From: the human T2T-CHM13v2.0 reference genome, Homo sapiens
Reading direction: 5' to 3' (one strand)
Assembly: GCF_009914755.1 (NCBI RefSeq)
Contig: NC_060946.1
DNA length: 64,000 bases
Each line of letters opens with the position of its first letter. The stretch's first letter is position 1. The notes beneath the pieces are model-generated. The model had not been told where the DNA came from. It ran no database searches and saw only the letters and a list, made by a program, of their open reading frames with translations. Made by a program: the position numbers and the translations under genes. Shown here in pieces: positions 41,662 to 55,459 of this stretch.

Positions 41662-44600
41662 TCATGATTTGTTCTTAATGCACTAATTTATCTTAGTTGA
41701 AACACACATTTCTCTTTTCTCTGAAGTTGGTGGCTTGGCCTTGACAGCAACCTGAAGAGTTCTGTGTATTGAGTTGGTTTCTTCTTGTCTCTGGGATGGG
41801 CTGTGAGCCAGGAAGAGGAGAAGCTTCCCGGTTCCTTAGTGAATCTTCTAGAAGGGATCGTGGTTGCCCTTGGGTGGAAACTGCCCTCAGAGCCACAGGC
41901 AGGAGTGGGTGTTCCCGTCGCAAGCCACCCCTCTGGGTCCTGCCCGCTCTCCTCCCACCCCCGTGCGTCTGACCCCCAGGGCTTGCGATGCCTCAGTTGC
42001 CTGCAGCCATGGCCTTGCCCTGGATGGAGAGCACAGACAGAGGCAGCTGGGAGTTTCTGGGAGTTTCTGAGGCCTCGCATTGGACAGAGTCATCCTGCTG
42101 GCGCAGGGAGTGGGCACTGACCGGGGGCGGCCCTGAGGGCTCCAGATGACAGGAGAGAGCCTGCTCCAGGGCAGCGGGGTCACAGGGTGATGGGGTGACC
42201 CAGAGCAGCTGGAAGGTGAATGCCGGAGCCTGGGCCTGACCCTGAGCTGGCCTGAGGGAGGGGCCATGGCCAGCTGAGCCCTGAACTGATGTGGGCAGCA
42301 TGTTCCCCAGTCAGGAGATGGTGGCGTGGCAGAGGGAGGAGGCACTGGGCTCGCGGAAGCCCACGTAGCTAGGGTCCAGCCCCTCCCGACCTCCCCCACG
42401 GAGTCTCCCTCTCAGGGCAGCCAGCATCCCGGGCGCCTGGGCCCGGTGTCTGTCTCCCCAGGCAGGTGCCTGGGATGCAGTGCCCCAGCCTCACGGCCCT
42501 GAGCGCCCTTCAGCCACTGAAGTGTGATGGCCGGGGGTGATGCCCACGGCCCCGGGGCACCTCCCCTCCTTAGCAGGTCTCTGCCTGGACGGCAGGAGGC
42601 GGGGGGTCCCTTGCAGGTCCCGAGGCTGGTGGGGCCAGCCTTGGTCGGGCCCCACCCTGAGGCCTGGGCCTGAGCCACGGGTGGAGTTGCTGTTGTGGTC
42701 AGTGACCCACCCATGGTGCTGACCCTGTGCCAGTGCTGTGCCCAGGGCACTGTGCCAGCCTCCTTTCTTTCTATGGGCTGCTGGTCTGTCCCCAACACTG
42801 TACAGTGGCCCTGGAGTGAGGCTGGCAGAGCCTGCAGCCCCCCAGGGTTGAGCCTTGGCTGTCCCCTTGCTGGTGTGTGACCTGGTGGCTGTGTTCCCCA
42901 TGCCCTGTCTGCTGCCCTGCACGCAGGATAAGCATCAGAGGACCTTGGAGGCTGTGGTGCAGGTGAAGTGGGAGCCACTACAGGCAGGGGCTTGGGACGT
43001 TGCACTCAGCTCTCTGCTGTCCTTGCCTCATGCCCAGCCCTGGGTCCAGGTCTCTTCCCCCTCCTGCTGTCCCAGCCTCTGATTTGGGCTGAAGAACCAC
43101 GAAACGGGTGCTCCGGGCACTGTCGTTTCTCTTTTCATCTCTGGGGCGCACTCCTCTGCGCTCTGCCTGTCTGGCCGGTATCTGCTGCCTCCCTCCCTCC
43201 CTCCCTCCCTCACTCCCTCCTCTCAGTGACTAACTCGGTCCTGGGAAGGTTGGTTCTTGCCTGCCCTCCTGCTCAGAGGCCTGAGCCAGTCTAGAGCAAG
43301 GAAGCCCTGTGCTCCCGAGAAACCGAGCAGAAACACAGTTTTCTGGGGCATTTGTAGGAGATGCAGGCGCGGGGAGCATTCCTGGAGCTTCCCTGGAATC
43401 CTTCCTGTGTGTTCCGTGGTGGTCCCAGGGGTCTCTCAGAAAGACACCTACCTGGGGACAGAGGGCTTGGCTGGCTGGATCAGGGTCTTTGTGGTGGACC
43501 TGTCTGTGGGGTTTGGTCCTGAGTCCTGGACCAGGGCCTCTTCAGAGCTAGCTGAGTGGGGCGGGGGGGTCTGTAGGAGGGAGGCGTCCCTGCAGCCGTC
43601 GGAACTGAGATGTCCTCCAGGAATCCCGACAGGAGCCGCAGCAGACGCGGGATGGGAGGTGCCCAAAGTCACGTCCGCGAACAGTGTCACCTGGGAGACG
43701 CCATCACTCTTTCCCAGCTTGACGTCCTGAGGCCGAGGCCAGCCCAGGACCCCACCTGTGTCCCCAGCAGCCTGGTGTATAAAGCGGAGCATTGGAGCTG
43801 GGAGAGGAGGGCTGCAGAGGCTGAGATGCAGCTGGTCGGGCCCAGCCCCTCCATTTTGCAGATGGGGAAATAGAGGCACGGGGCAGGGGAGGGACTGGCC
43901 CAAGGCCATATGGGTCTCAAATTACTGATGGTGACCGATGTGAAGGGGACGTGTCTTTTCAGGCAGGGAGACTGCTGTGGGCCTGGCACCAGGTAGAGGT
44001 TCTGAGCTGGCTGTCTGGGCTCGGGGGGTGTCTCAGGGCACAGGACTGATGGGGGTGGCTGGGGTCGGGGATTAGGGACTGCTGGGTTGAGGAGGGCTAG
44101 TGCCAAGTTGAGAGAAACATCCCCTTGGCCCAGCACCCCAGGTGGCTGTGTTGGTACCAATTGCTTAAAATTGCACCTTCATTTTGCAGCTCCTGTTGGG
44201 CGCCTTCTCACCGCGCGCTCGGGTGCAGTGAACTCTGGGAGCCGTCGCAGCCCAGGGAGTCCCCAAGGAAGGCCAGCTGGGGCCATCCCTTAGCACGGCC
44301 TCCCCAGGCCTCCACTTCCCGATCTGTGAAATGGGACAGTAAGAGCTCCCCCGAGGCCAAGTCCTGCCGCCCTCCTGCCCTGCTGTGGACCCCAGTGCAA
44401 CTGTGAGCATCCGAGGTGGTGAAGGGGACCTCACAGCACACAGAGTGCACGGCGCTGCAGCCCAAGGAGACCTCATCAGTGTGTCGGCTCTCATTTTCGT
44501 TATTTTTCCTATTATTTTCTCTATCTTCTGAAGTCCTTATGTAAGGAATTATGGTTTCCGGGGAGACCCATTGTGATAAATGCCAGAAAACAAAAGCTTT

Positions 44601-47024
44601 TTTCCAGGGCGCTGAGGCCTGTGGATCCTCCCAGGCCCTGGTCATGCTCCTGTGCCCACAGAGTGGCCCTGTGTTTGCACTCTTTCTCTGGGGATGCACA
44701 GGGGCGGTGAGAGGGAAGCAGGCGGCTGCTCTTGGCCAGTGGAACTGCCCGGCGTTGGGGTGCAGGCGAGACCCAGCGAGGCTCGAGGACTGCAGACTAT
44801 GCAGCAGATCCTGGCAGGCTTTGGCTGTCTGACCCACTCGGATGGGCGAGGAGAGAAATGGGGGGACCAGTGGGACGTTCTGGGGTGCACGCATGTAGGG
44901 GAAGCTGTTAGTGCATTCTGAGCACCCGGTGCACATAGGTTGACAAGCTCCGAGGCGCACACACACGAGTGTGCACAGGCAGCCTCTGAGGGCTACGCCC
45001 ACGGGGATGGGAAGATGGGGCTGGGATAGGGAGGGCTGGGCCCCACCCTCTCAGGGACATAGCCTGAAAAGAGGGCAGTGCAGGACTCTGATGCCTCACA
45101 CAGTCCTCAGAGCAGCCCCGGTGTGATGATCCCCATAGGCTCATGCTCCCGTCGGCTGCCAGCCATCTCTGCATCCTGCCTTTGAGCCTCTGCACAGCCC
45201 TCATCTGTGGGTGTCCAGAGCCTTCTGCAGAGGCCAGACTGCCACTCAGTGGTCCCCGCATTTCTGTTGTCTACCAGGAGCACTGTCTGTATTTTTAAGA
45301 GGTGGACAGATAGCAGTGCAGACAGACGGATGGGCGTAAGGACGGGCGCCCTGCCAGGATGCTCCGCTGTCTCTCAGCCCCGGAGGCAAGTGCAGCTGGA
45401 GCTGAATTTGCCTCCTGAGCACATTTTTTTTTTTTTTTTTGGTGCTCAGAGTAGCCCTTGGGACTGCCCCATGTCCCCAGCACACCTTCGGCTGAGCAGG
45501 GTGCCTGTACCCCTGAGGGAATTTGCAGATCAGCTCTCCCTGTCCACACGGGGCACATAGAGCCCCAGCCAGGGTGGTTCTAGTTCTAGAAAGGAGTGCT
45601 GCCTTGAGCCTGTGACCGGGTGGTGGTGGTGAGCCTGAATTTGGCTTTGGAATTAGGCCCCTGAGTGTGGCCCTGCTGTGCTCGTACCCCTGAGTTTGCA
45701 GCCTGCATGCCCCAATTGGGGCCCGCCAGTGGCAAAGCAGTTCCCTTCCCACCTACTCAGGGGATGTGCAGCCATGGAGCCTGGGAGGAGGCACCACCAC
45801 CACCCGTGATCAGCTCCAACCTCAAACTTCAGGGAGACATGGTTCCCCAAATGGTTGCCCCTTCCAGGTTCTCCTCTTCCCGGCGCGTCAGTGGGGGTGT
45901 GGTTGTGCCCCAAGGCTCCAACAGGTGTTAGGGGGAGTGGAGGCAGCTGACAGAGCAGGGGCTGGCGTTATCCTGTGGAAGAGGTCGGGGAAGTGGCCAT
46001 GTGTGTTAGATCCGCAAGTGCTGCCGGTAGCTATGAGGAGCTCCCTGATCAGAAGAGCCCAGGTCTCGTCTCTGGATTGAAGCCACTGGGGCTCTGTGGA
46101 GGCCACCAAGAGACCCTGCATCCGTTCCGTGGACAAGCCACAATAAGGGAGATGTCACACATCTCCAGACGTGCTGCCACACGCAGTGCAGCGGGCAACC
46201 TGCCCATCAGGCTGCAGGGGACGGGGTGCCTCTGGGGACTGGCTCCCAGCAGCCCTGGAGGTCCTCTTGCACTGTTTAATTCGTGTCTACACAGGGCCAC
46301 GCTCACATCAGCGTGCTCTAATCCTTTAAGAACTGAGATTGTCTCCAACTACAGCTGAGTTACAAGCTGCATAAATTAAAACTTCTCATACATGGTATCT
46401 TGTAGCCTTATTAAGTGGCAAGATTATGCAAAACAATCTGTAAGTATGATAATACAACTTTCGCCATGGTTTGTAACAGGACATTTGCTATCTCTCATTC
46501 TGCTCTAATTAAGCTCCATTCTGGAGGAATTAGTGGTATTACTGTTTAAATCTTAACTTTTGTATTAAGAAAGCATGTTCCAAAGCTTTTGAAATGCATC
46601 TTGAAAGCAGTGCCTGAATTAACAGGTTTAACAAGGAGCGTAGGAATTTCAAAGCTCGGCTAATCTGTAGAAATTATGGTAGCTGTGCCAGATTTATTTT
46701 TCATTTAATTAAAACAAAAAGTTGTTTTGCTGAAAGTTACCCAGATAAAGTTGTTTCAGCAAAGGCAAGAAGCAGTGTTGAAGAGACGCGGCCTTCTGGG
46801 GCCCAGGACTGAGCGTTGGTTTCTGTTGACCACGCTGTGCCTCCACGGCCCGTGTGTCTGGGTCTGGGTTCTGGGCCCTGGGCTCTGGGATGGCATCAGG
46901 GCTAAGGGACACCAGCCCCCTCCCGGTGTGGTCCTCACTGATTAACGCTCCTCAGCGCAGCACATTCTCAATATTCTGTCAAGGGGCAAGGTTGAGAGTG
47001 TGGTTTTATTACTGTTTGTGAAAA

Positions 47025-47335
47025 TCACAGGCTTTATGTTTTAGGGCAGTTGTAGGGTTACAGAAAAATGGAGCAGATGGCAGTTTCCATCTAGCCTCTC
47101 TCCTGCCCCTCCCATCCCCACAGGGTCCCGTGATAACAGCTGGCATGAGGGAGGCGTGTGAGTGACAAGTGAGGCTCGACATTGACACGCTGTTATTAAC
47201 CGAGGCCCATGGTTCACACCAGCGCTCACTCTTGGCATGGAGCATTCTGTGGGTTTGGACCCACGTATCGTGACGTGCGTCCACCGAGATCGTAGCATAC
47301 AGAGGGGCGCCACTGCCCTAGGGCTCCTCTGTGCT
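47025..47335 (-). mobile_element. L1MC/L1MD-like 3' UTR fragment
   Basis: ttttagggcagttgtagggttacagaaaaatggagc...gctcactcttggc...cattctgtgggtttggac...cactgcccta matches the recalled L1MC 3' end. Confidence 0.65.
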
Positions 47336-47346
47336 GGATGCCATCA

Positions 47347-47652
47347 TTTTCATTTTATTTTATTTTGTTTTTGAGACAGGGTCTCCTTCTGTCACCCAAG
47401 CTGGAGTGCAGTGGTGCGACCTCAGCTCACTGCAGCCTTCACCTCCCAGCTCCGCTGATCCTCTCGCTCAAGCCTCCTGAGTAGCTGGGATCACAGGTGT
47501 GCACCCCCACGCTTGACTAGTTTTTGTATTTTGTAGAGATGAAGGTCTCGCTGCGATGCCCCAGCTGGTCTCGAACTCCTAGGCTCTGGCGATCCTCCCG
47601 TCTTGGCCTCCCCAAATGCTGGGATTCCAGGTGTAAGTCACCACACCCGGCC
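47347..47652 (-). mobile_element. AluJ
   Basis: gagacagggtctc...gctcactgcagcctt...gatcctcccgtcttggcctcc; more diverged than the AluS/Y copies. Confidence 0.9.
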
Positions 47653-47763
47653 AGTTTTTTAAAGAACACCAAAAAATAGCATTCATGTAAAGTTATTTGC
47701 CTCGTGAACCACCATTGATGGTCCCAGAGGGGAGATAGTCAGGGCCTTCCCTGAGCGTGTCCC

Positions 47764-48181
47764 CAGAGTGTCCCCAGGAACACCTGCTGCCCCCTTCACC
47801 ACGCCACCATGGCCCCCATCACCCGGGCCTCAGTTTCCCTGCTGTTCCCCTCTCTACCGGCTGGCTCATATGCAGAGTGTCCTGGGAGCCACCTGCCACC
47901 CTCTTCACCACGCCACCTGGCCCGCATCACCTGGGCCTCAGTTTCCCTGCTGTTCCCCTCTGGCTGGCTCACATGCAGAGTGTCCTGGGAGCCACCTGCC
48001 ACCCTCTTCACCACGCCACCATGGCCTGCATCACCTGGGCCTCAGTTTCCCTGCCGGTCCCCTCTGGCTGGTTCATATGCAGAGTGTCCCAGGAGCTACC
48101 TGCAGCCCCCTTCACCACGCCACCATGGCCCGCATCACCTGGGCCTCAGTTTCCCTGCCGTTCCCCTCTGGCTGGCTCACT
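47764..48181. repeat. Minisatellite, ~105-bp unit x4
   Basis: cttcaccacgccacc at 47794, 47903, 48006, 48110; each unit has gggcctcagtttccctgc. Confidence 0.92.
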
Positions 48182-48516
48182 TGTGAGGGGAACCCCACCA
48201 CATGCGGTTATATCTGCACCTCAGCTTCCGGTTCTTGGCTGAGTCTGACTTCATCATGCCCTTCATTGTCATCCTTTCAGAAAACTCTTACTGGCACTTC
48301 TCAGCCGACTGGCTCCAGACACACGTGGTAGGCACAGGCTGAGCTGCTGCTCTCTGGGTGTGGAGACCCTGGTGAGGCTGGAAAGTGCCCCAGAAGGGGG
48401 AGTTAAGGGATGGAGAAGGGACAGTCGGGTTGGACCAACGCACGGGCCGATTATGACTTGAGCGTGACGCTGATGGCATGAACACAGGAGTCCCGGCCCT
48501 CCATGGTGGGGGGAGT

Positions 48517-48923
48517 GTACCTGTCAGGGTTCTTCAGAGAACGGAACCAATGGGACTTCGAGAGAGCGAGAGGGAGCGAGGTTTCCCTTTTTAAAAATAA
48601 GCTTCTGTAGTTTCAGAGGCTGTCAGTATGACATCTGCAGGGAAGAGGGCAGGCTGGAGACGCAGCAAGAGGTGCAGCTGGCGTCATGAGGCCTCCGCTG
48701 GAGAATTCTTTTCTTGCTTGAGGAAGGTCCATCTTTGTCCATTGAGGCCTTCACCTGCTTGGATAGGGCCCACCCACAGTATGGAAGGCCATCTGCTTTA
48801 TTCAAAATCACCGATTCAGGCGTTACTCTCATCCAAAACACTCCTTCACAGAAAAATCCAGAATCATTTGACCAAACCTGTGGGCACTGTGGCTCCGTCA
48901 AGTTGACACATGTTACCCATCAC
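48517..48923 (-). mobile_element. MLT2 (ERVL) solo LTR
   Basis: tcagggttcttcagagaacggaaccaat...gcccacccacagtatggaagg...caagttgacacat...ccatcac (reverse of the MLT2 start). Confidence 0.8.
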
Positions 48924-49149
48924 TTGGAGGTTATTTCCAGGGGGCAGTGGTGAGGGGCTGGCGCTGTGATCGTGCTTAGTGTTTATGGCGTGGGGCTGAG
49001 GGAGACCACACAGGAAGGGACGTCTCCTCCTGGTGCCACCTCCTGGGAGAGTGGCCATTTCGTGGGCCCAGCAGTGGCTGCATCTTAGGCAGTTGTGTGA
49101 GATGACCTCCATGTAGGCTGCCATGGTGTCACCGGCTGACCTGGTTTCA

Positions 49150-49930
49150 CTCACACTTCTGACACCAAATGTGTCAGTTTTTCACACCAACAAGTTCTCC
49201 AACTTTCCAGACACCAAATGAATATCTGGCCATTTAATTAAATTGTCCTCCAATTTAATTCGGTTCTCAGACTACTCCCCAGAGTTAGCTGAGACCCCAC
49301 CGAGGAAGGGCTCGGTTCCACAAGACTGCTCCCCCTTCAGATACCAAGTCCAAGTGCCACCAGTGGAACCAAGCGCCAGGTGGTACCTGTATTTCCGACT
49401 GACTGAATATAAGTCAGGGGGTTTCCACCACCCTCTCCTGGCATTCCGTCATTTGCGAGAATGGCCCACAATCCTCAGGAAGCCCTTTGCTTACCATTCC
49501 CTGCTTGTTGTAAAGGGTATGACGGGCTGTGCCAGCTGGCAGAGGTGCATAGGGCCAGGGGAGGGGCGTGGGTGCTGAGCCCCCATGTCCTCTCTGGGCA
49601 AGCCGTCCTCCCAGCACCCTCCTGCGTTCACTGAGCTGAAAGCTTGCTACCTTCCCCCCATCTTTTAGGAGTTTGATGTTTCCTTGGGTACATATGATTG
49701 ATTAAATCCTTGGGTATTGGTGATTAACTCAATCTCCAGCCCCTTTCTGGAGTTGGGGATGATAAGGCAGAAAGTCCCAACCCACTCAATCTGCCTTGGT
49801 CTTCCTGGCCACCAGCGCCCATCCTGAGACTCCCTAGGGCCCTGGCCTTCAGTCCGCTCCGTAACACGCAGAAGACACTTTCCACTCTGGAGATGGCAAG
49901 GGCTTGAAGGGCTGGGACAGAGACTGAACG
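49150..49930 (-). mobile_element. MER21-like LTR
   Basis: acttctgacaccaaatgtgt...cacaagactgctcccccttcagatacca...gattgattaaatcc...attggtgattaactcaatctccagcccc. Confidence 0.65.
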
Positions 49931-50282
49931 TGTTCGTTACTGCTTCACATCGTTTGGGCCATTGGGTGCCATGGGCAGGTTGGGCGTCACAGGCCCACAG
50001 GATGCTGGTTGTGGGCAGGTGGGCTTGAGGCTCCTCAGCAGCCACTGATCAGACTCAGCATGGCACAGAGAGAGCGTGACTGCAGGGCAGAACCAGCATC
50101 CCTCACAAGCCAGGGAGTGGACAGGGCCTGATGTGGCAGCCCTGGACCCTGTGCGTGCCAGGAGCGGGATGCATTTGCAGGGGCCACCTCCACTTCACAG
50201 GCCCTGCCTCCTGGAGGGTTTGGGAGCTGCCATGGCTGGCCAGCCACACAGAGACGTGTTGGCTGCCCCTGGTTCTGCTGGA

Positions 50283-50460
50283 GCAGGCTTGCTCATCCCC
50301 AGCACTGCCGATGTTTGAGGCAGATCATTCTTCCATGTAGGGGCACCCTGTACTATGTGGGGGGTTGAGCAGCATCCTGGGCCTCTACCTCCAGTTGAGA
50401 TGGCCACAGATGCCTCCAGGCTGGGCATCTCTGCTTGAGGGGAGCTGTCTTGGCCTAGAA
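50283..50460. mobile_element. MER20 (hAT-Charlie) fragment
   Basis: cagcactgccgatgtttgaggcagatcattctt...gttgagcagcatcctgggcctctacc. Confidence 0.65.
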
Positions 50461-51149
50461 CACAGGCTGGGGGCCGCTGGTCCAGCAGGAGCCTTCCTGC
50501 CTCGATTCCCTCTTGGCCTGCGGTGAGTGTTTGCAGCTCTCCCCCCGTCTGTCTCCTGACTTTCCCTGGGCTGGGCTGGTCTTGTTGTGTCACCCTGTTT
50601 CTGCCAGACCTTGAGATTCCAGTCAAAATAAAACAGCGGTGGATAGAGGGGCTGAGTGTGGCCCCCCGAGGCCCTGGGACATCTTTTACCATTCGCTGTC
50701 ACAGCCGGCATCTCCCCTGTGTCAGTGATCCTATGCAACATCCCCAGATAACAGTGCAGGGCAGATAAGTGAGGATGTGGTGAAGGGAAATGGGGGAGTG
50801 GACGAGGGGCGTCCCCGGGGAGGATGGCGCCTACCACGGGCAGTAAGGAGGTCTGCGTGAGGGATGCAGGGACACAGGAGGCCAGGGTGGCATCCTGCCT
50901 CCTACTTGCGCAGGTCCAGCGGGGATCAGAGTGGAGGCCTCGCACCAGCTCTGGGACATGAAGGGGCCCGAGGCAGCCCTTGTGGCCACACGGGCCTTGT
51001 CATGGTTCGGCCTTTCCACTCTGTGTTCCGAACTGTGCAGTGTGTATGTGTAGGCACAGATGTGTGCCCGTGCCCATGCCTAGGACTTTGCGTGTGTCTG
51101 TACGTGTGATTTCGTGTGTGTGCATCTTCATTGGCGACACACGTGTGCA

Positions 51150-52294
<1,145 letters not shown>

Positions 52295-52761
52295 TAACAC
52301 AAGTGCACGCCTGCATGCACACACACCCCACGCCATCTGTGAGAGTGCGCCCTACGCCTTTCCACGTTTCACTCCTTTGGCATATTTCTGGAAGGCCTCC
52401 CTAGAGCAGTGTGCGGCGAGTGGCCTCGTTCCTCCACACAGTCGCACACCATTCTGTCCAGTGCAGGCTTTGATTCGTTGATGGGCTGTCTCATGGCTGG
52501 CACATACAGACCGTGCCAGTGTGAGCGGCATGCACCTTCCAGTCCCTGTGAGTGGGCACGCTGGTGGGTTAAGCCCTCAGAGGTCTGTGGCTGGCACCAG
52601 CCTTCATCAAGGGCAACTACAGGACCCTCTGGGTGGTGCGAGAATGTGCCGACTCCCCAGCCTGCATCCAGGGCACATGCCCTCCCTCCTCCGCATCTTC
52701 CTCAAGCCCCAGGCAGTGAAGGGGCCTCTCCTTGTAGTTTGAATTTGCGCCTCATCCTCAG

Positions 52762-53775
52762 AGACAGTGTGCATGGGGGATGGAAATGGGAGGAGATGGC
52801 CCAGAGGAATGTACAGGCACCCACCTTTCCGGGGCCACCCCCCCACAAGCACACCAGTTAGCAGGTCCTGGACATGGGGGCCTGGCCTGGGCTCCAGGGT
52901 CCCTGGGTGACGGCTGTGTAGCTTTCTCCAAGTCACTGAGGCATTGTGAGAATGGGGACTGGTGGGGTGACCCCGAGGACCTCACTGGGGCTGTGGATGG
53001 AACACGCCCAGGAGGCATCCGTGGAGGTGGGTCCATCAGCGTTTCCACCTTGAGTACCTCTCACCCCCTTGCAGTTTCTCTTCTTGGCCCATTTTGCAGA
53101 GAATGTTTGTGTCCTTGCTGTGGACTCCCCGTTTTCTGCGACGTGGGCCCTGTGTCTTTGTTGTAACATATATCGTATCCTGGACCATGTGGCCTCTGGT
53201 ACAGAGACGCTTGGCTCGCCGCACATGTCTGTTGGACTCTGGCTGTGGCCGTTTCTCAGGGGACTGTGTGGCCTTGAAGTGTCCGGGACCTGCTGGTGTC
53301 CAGTGAACACCTGGTGAAGGAATAAGTCAGTGGGTGCCAAGAGATGGTTTGGCCAGAGGCTTGAGCTTCACAGATGGAACCTGGGCCCTGAGAGGTTATT
53401 GGTGTCACATGGGGCCATTGAGACGTGCGGGGCTGGAGGAGCCTCTGCCGATCTATGAGGCCGATGCCCCTGAGGCCGAGAGGCCCAGACAGGGACCCCG
53501 CATCCCCTGCTCTACCAATGCCTCCTGGGCGTGTTCTATCCACAGCCCCAGTGAGGTCCTCGGGGCCACCCCACCGGTCCCCATTCTCACAATGGCTCAG
53601 TGACTTGGAGAAAGCTACACAGCCATCACCCAGGGACCCTGGAGCCCAGGCCAGGCCCCCCACGTCCAGGACCTGCTGGCTGGTGTGCTTGTAGACAGGG
53701 TCGCCCCGGAAAAATGGGTGCCCGTGCATTCCTCTGGGCCCTCTCCTCCTGTCTCCATACCCATGCGCACTGCCT
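52762..53775. repeat. Long inverted repeat: arms 52762-53026 and 53510-53775, ~480-bp spacer
   Basis: Manual reverse-complement alignment; the same peptide GGLAWAPGSLGDGCVAFSKSL appears on opposite strands in the ORF track (52780+ and 53256-). Confidence 0.95.
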
Positions 53776-55459
53776 GTCCTCAGTTCCGGTAGGGGGAGGG
53801 CTTGAGTGCCCGGAGGCTGCTCTGCCCACATGGCGTTGCTGGGCCCACCCACTCAGCGATGAGTCATGGACAGATGAGATGCCCACCTGAGGGAGGCGGC
53901 CACGCAGTGCGGCCACGGCACCACCACGCTGGGCAGCAAGCACGTGTGGCTGGGGGTGATCACCCTGGGGACAGTGGTGCCGGGTGTCTGACGGTCTCCT
54001 TGTGCCCCTGCCTGCTGGTGGAAGATTAGGGCAGGGCTTATTCTTCCACCCCTGCCCCAAGAGGAGCCACTACAGGGCCCAGGGGATGGCTCAGAGGTGC
54101 CAGGGTATCTTCCGGACCTGGCCTGCCTCTCCCCAGGAGCATGGTCTCCTGCAAGGCACTGCCCTGGCCCTGCGCTGAGCCGAAGGGCAGGCACGCAGAT
54201 CTTCCCCAACCAGCCCACAGAGGTGCAGCTGCCTCTCCCTTCTCCTGGAGGTTTTACATTCTGGAGAGGAGGTTTTGCTTCCTAAAAAGTAGCTTTCATC
54301 ATAACACAGGCACTGCTCCCGCCTGCAGTCCTCTCTCTGGCCAGGCAGACTTGGCAAGCAGCAGCAAGTGGAGATCCAGTGGGCTGGCAGGCTGGAGGAC
54401 CCTGGCTCCCAACTCGTGCGTCTCAGGGAGTGCACAGAGGGGAAAGTGAATGGGGGGCAGTGGTCAGAACCCCCTGGCCTGGAGGCATATTCCCCATTGC
54501 TGACTCTTATTATTTGGGGGACCTTGTGGGCCCCGATGACACCCACCCGGGAGTTTAGTTTTGATAATCCAGGTACCCCGTGGACAGCACTGGACTGTGT
54601 GTGTCTCATTCACTCCAAGCGACAGGCGCGCAAGCTACCGGTGGATGAATTCTCCCTTTGTTACAAATGAAGGGATTGCAGCTCAGAAAGGGGCATTGAC
54701 GTGCCCAGCCACACAGCTCAGGCAGCCGCTGGGCCCCTCTTGGCCACAGTACAGGCAACCTTGGACCGAGTGTTTACATCTCAGGCACTGCGTTCCTTCG
54801 TTTTAGGATAACACTCTGACCCTGTATGTGTGCCTTGAGGACCTTCAGTGCCCTGGAGTCATTTGTGACATGGGCATGTCACCACTCAGACATGTCCTCT
54901 GCATTTTGCTGCAGATTCCACGGTGTTTTCTCATGGTGTTCCAGACTTGTTCTGGGTTTTGAGCTGCCGTGGTGGTGGGGACAGCAGGAGATGGCTCCCG
55001 CCCAGCAGGGACTTTGTGGGAAGACCTGGGCTGGCATCCACTGGATTTGCCCAGGCCCCTGTGGTGCTACAGGGAGTGCTCAAGCTTGGGAGGACTCCTG
55101 GGCTCTGGCTCTGATCCCTCCACTCACTGGCCTTGGGCCAGGTCCTCTTGCTTTGTTTTCCAAATTTCTCCCATGGAAGGTGAGCACATCTGGGAGGTGT
55201 GCAAGCCCCCAGCTAGCTTGTGGTGCCCTTCTGGTGTAGCTGCAGCCCATAGATTTTTTTTCCATCCTTCCACTCTTATAATGTCCTCCAAGGAACAGGA
55301 ATTTGGGGAGGATTGAGGGGCCCAGGGCAGGCTGGGGGCCTCTCTAAGGGTATGAGAGGTATGCTTCTTAGCAGTTGGATTTGGGATGGAGAAGTTTTCT
55401 GGGCTTGTTGCAGAGTGCATTTTCCTTTTAGATTCTGGGGAGGAGGAGATGGATATTAC

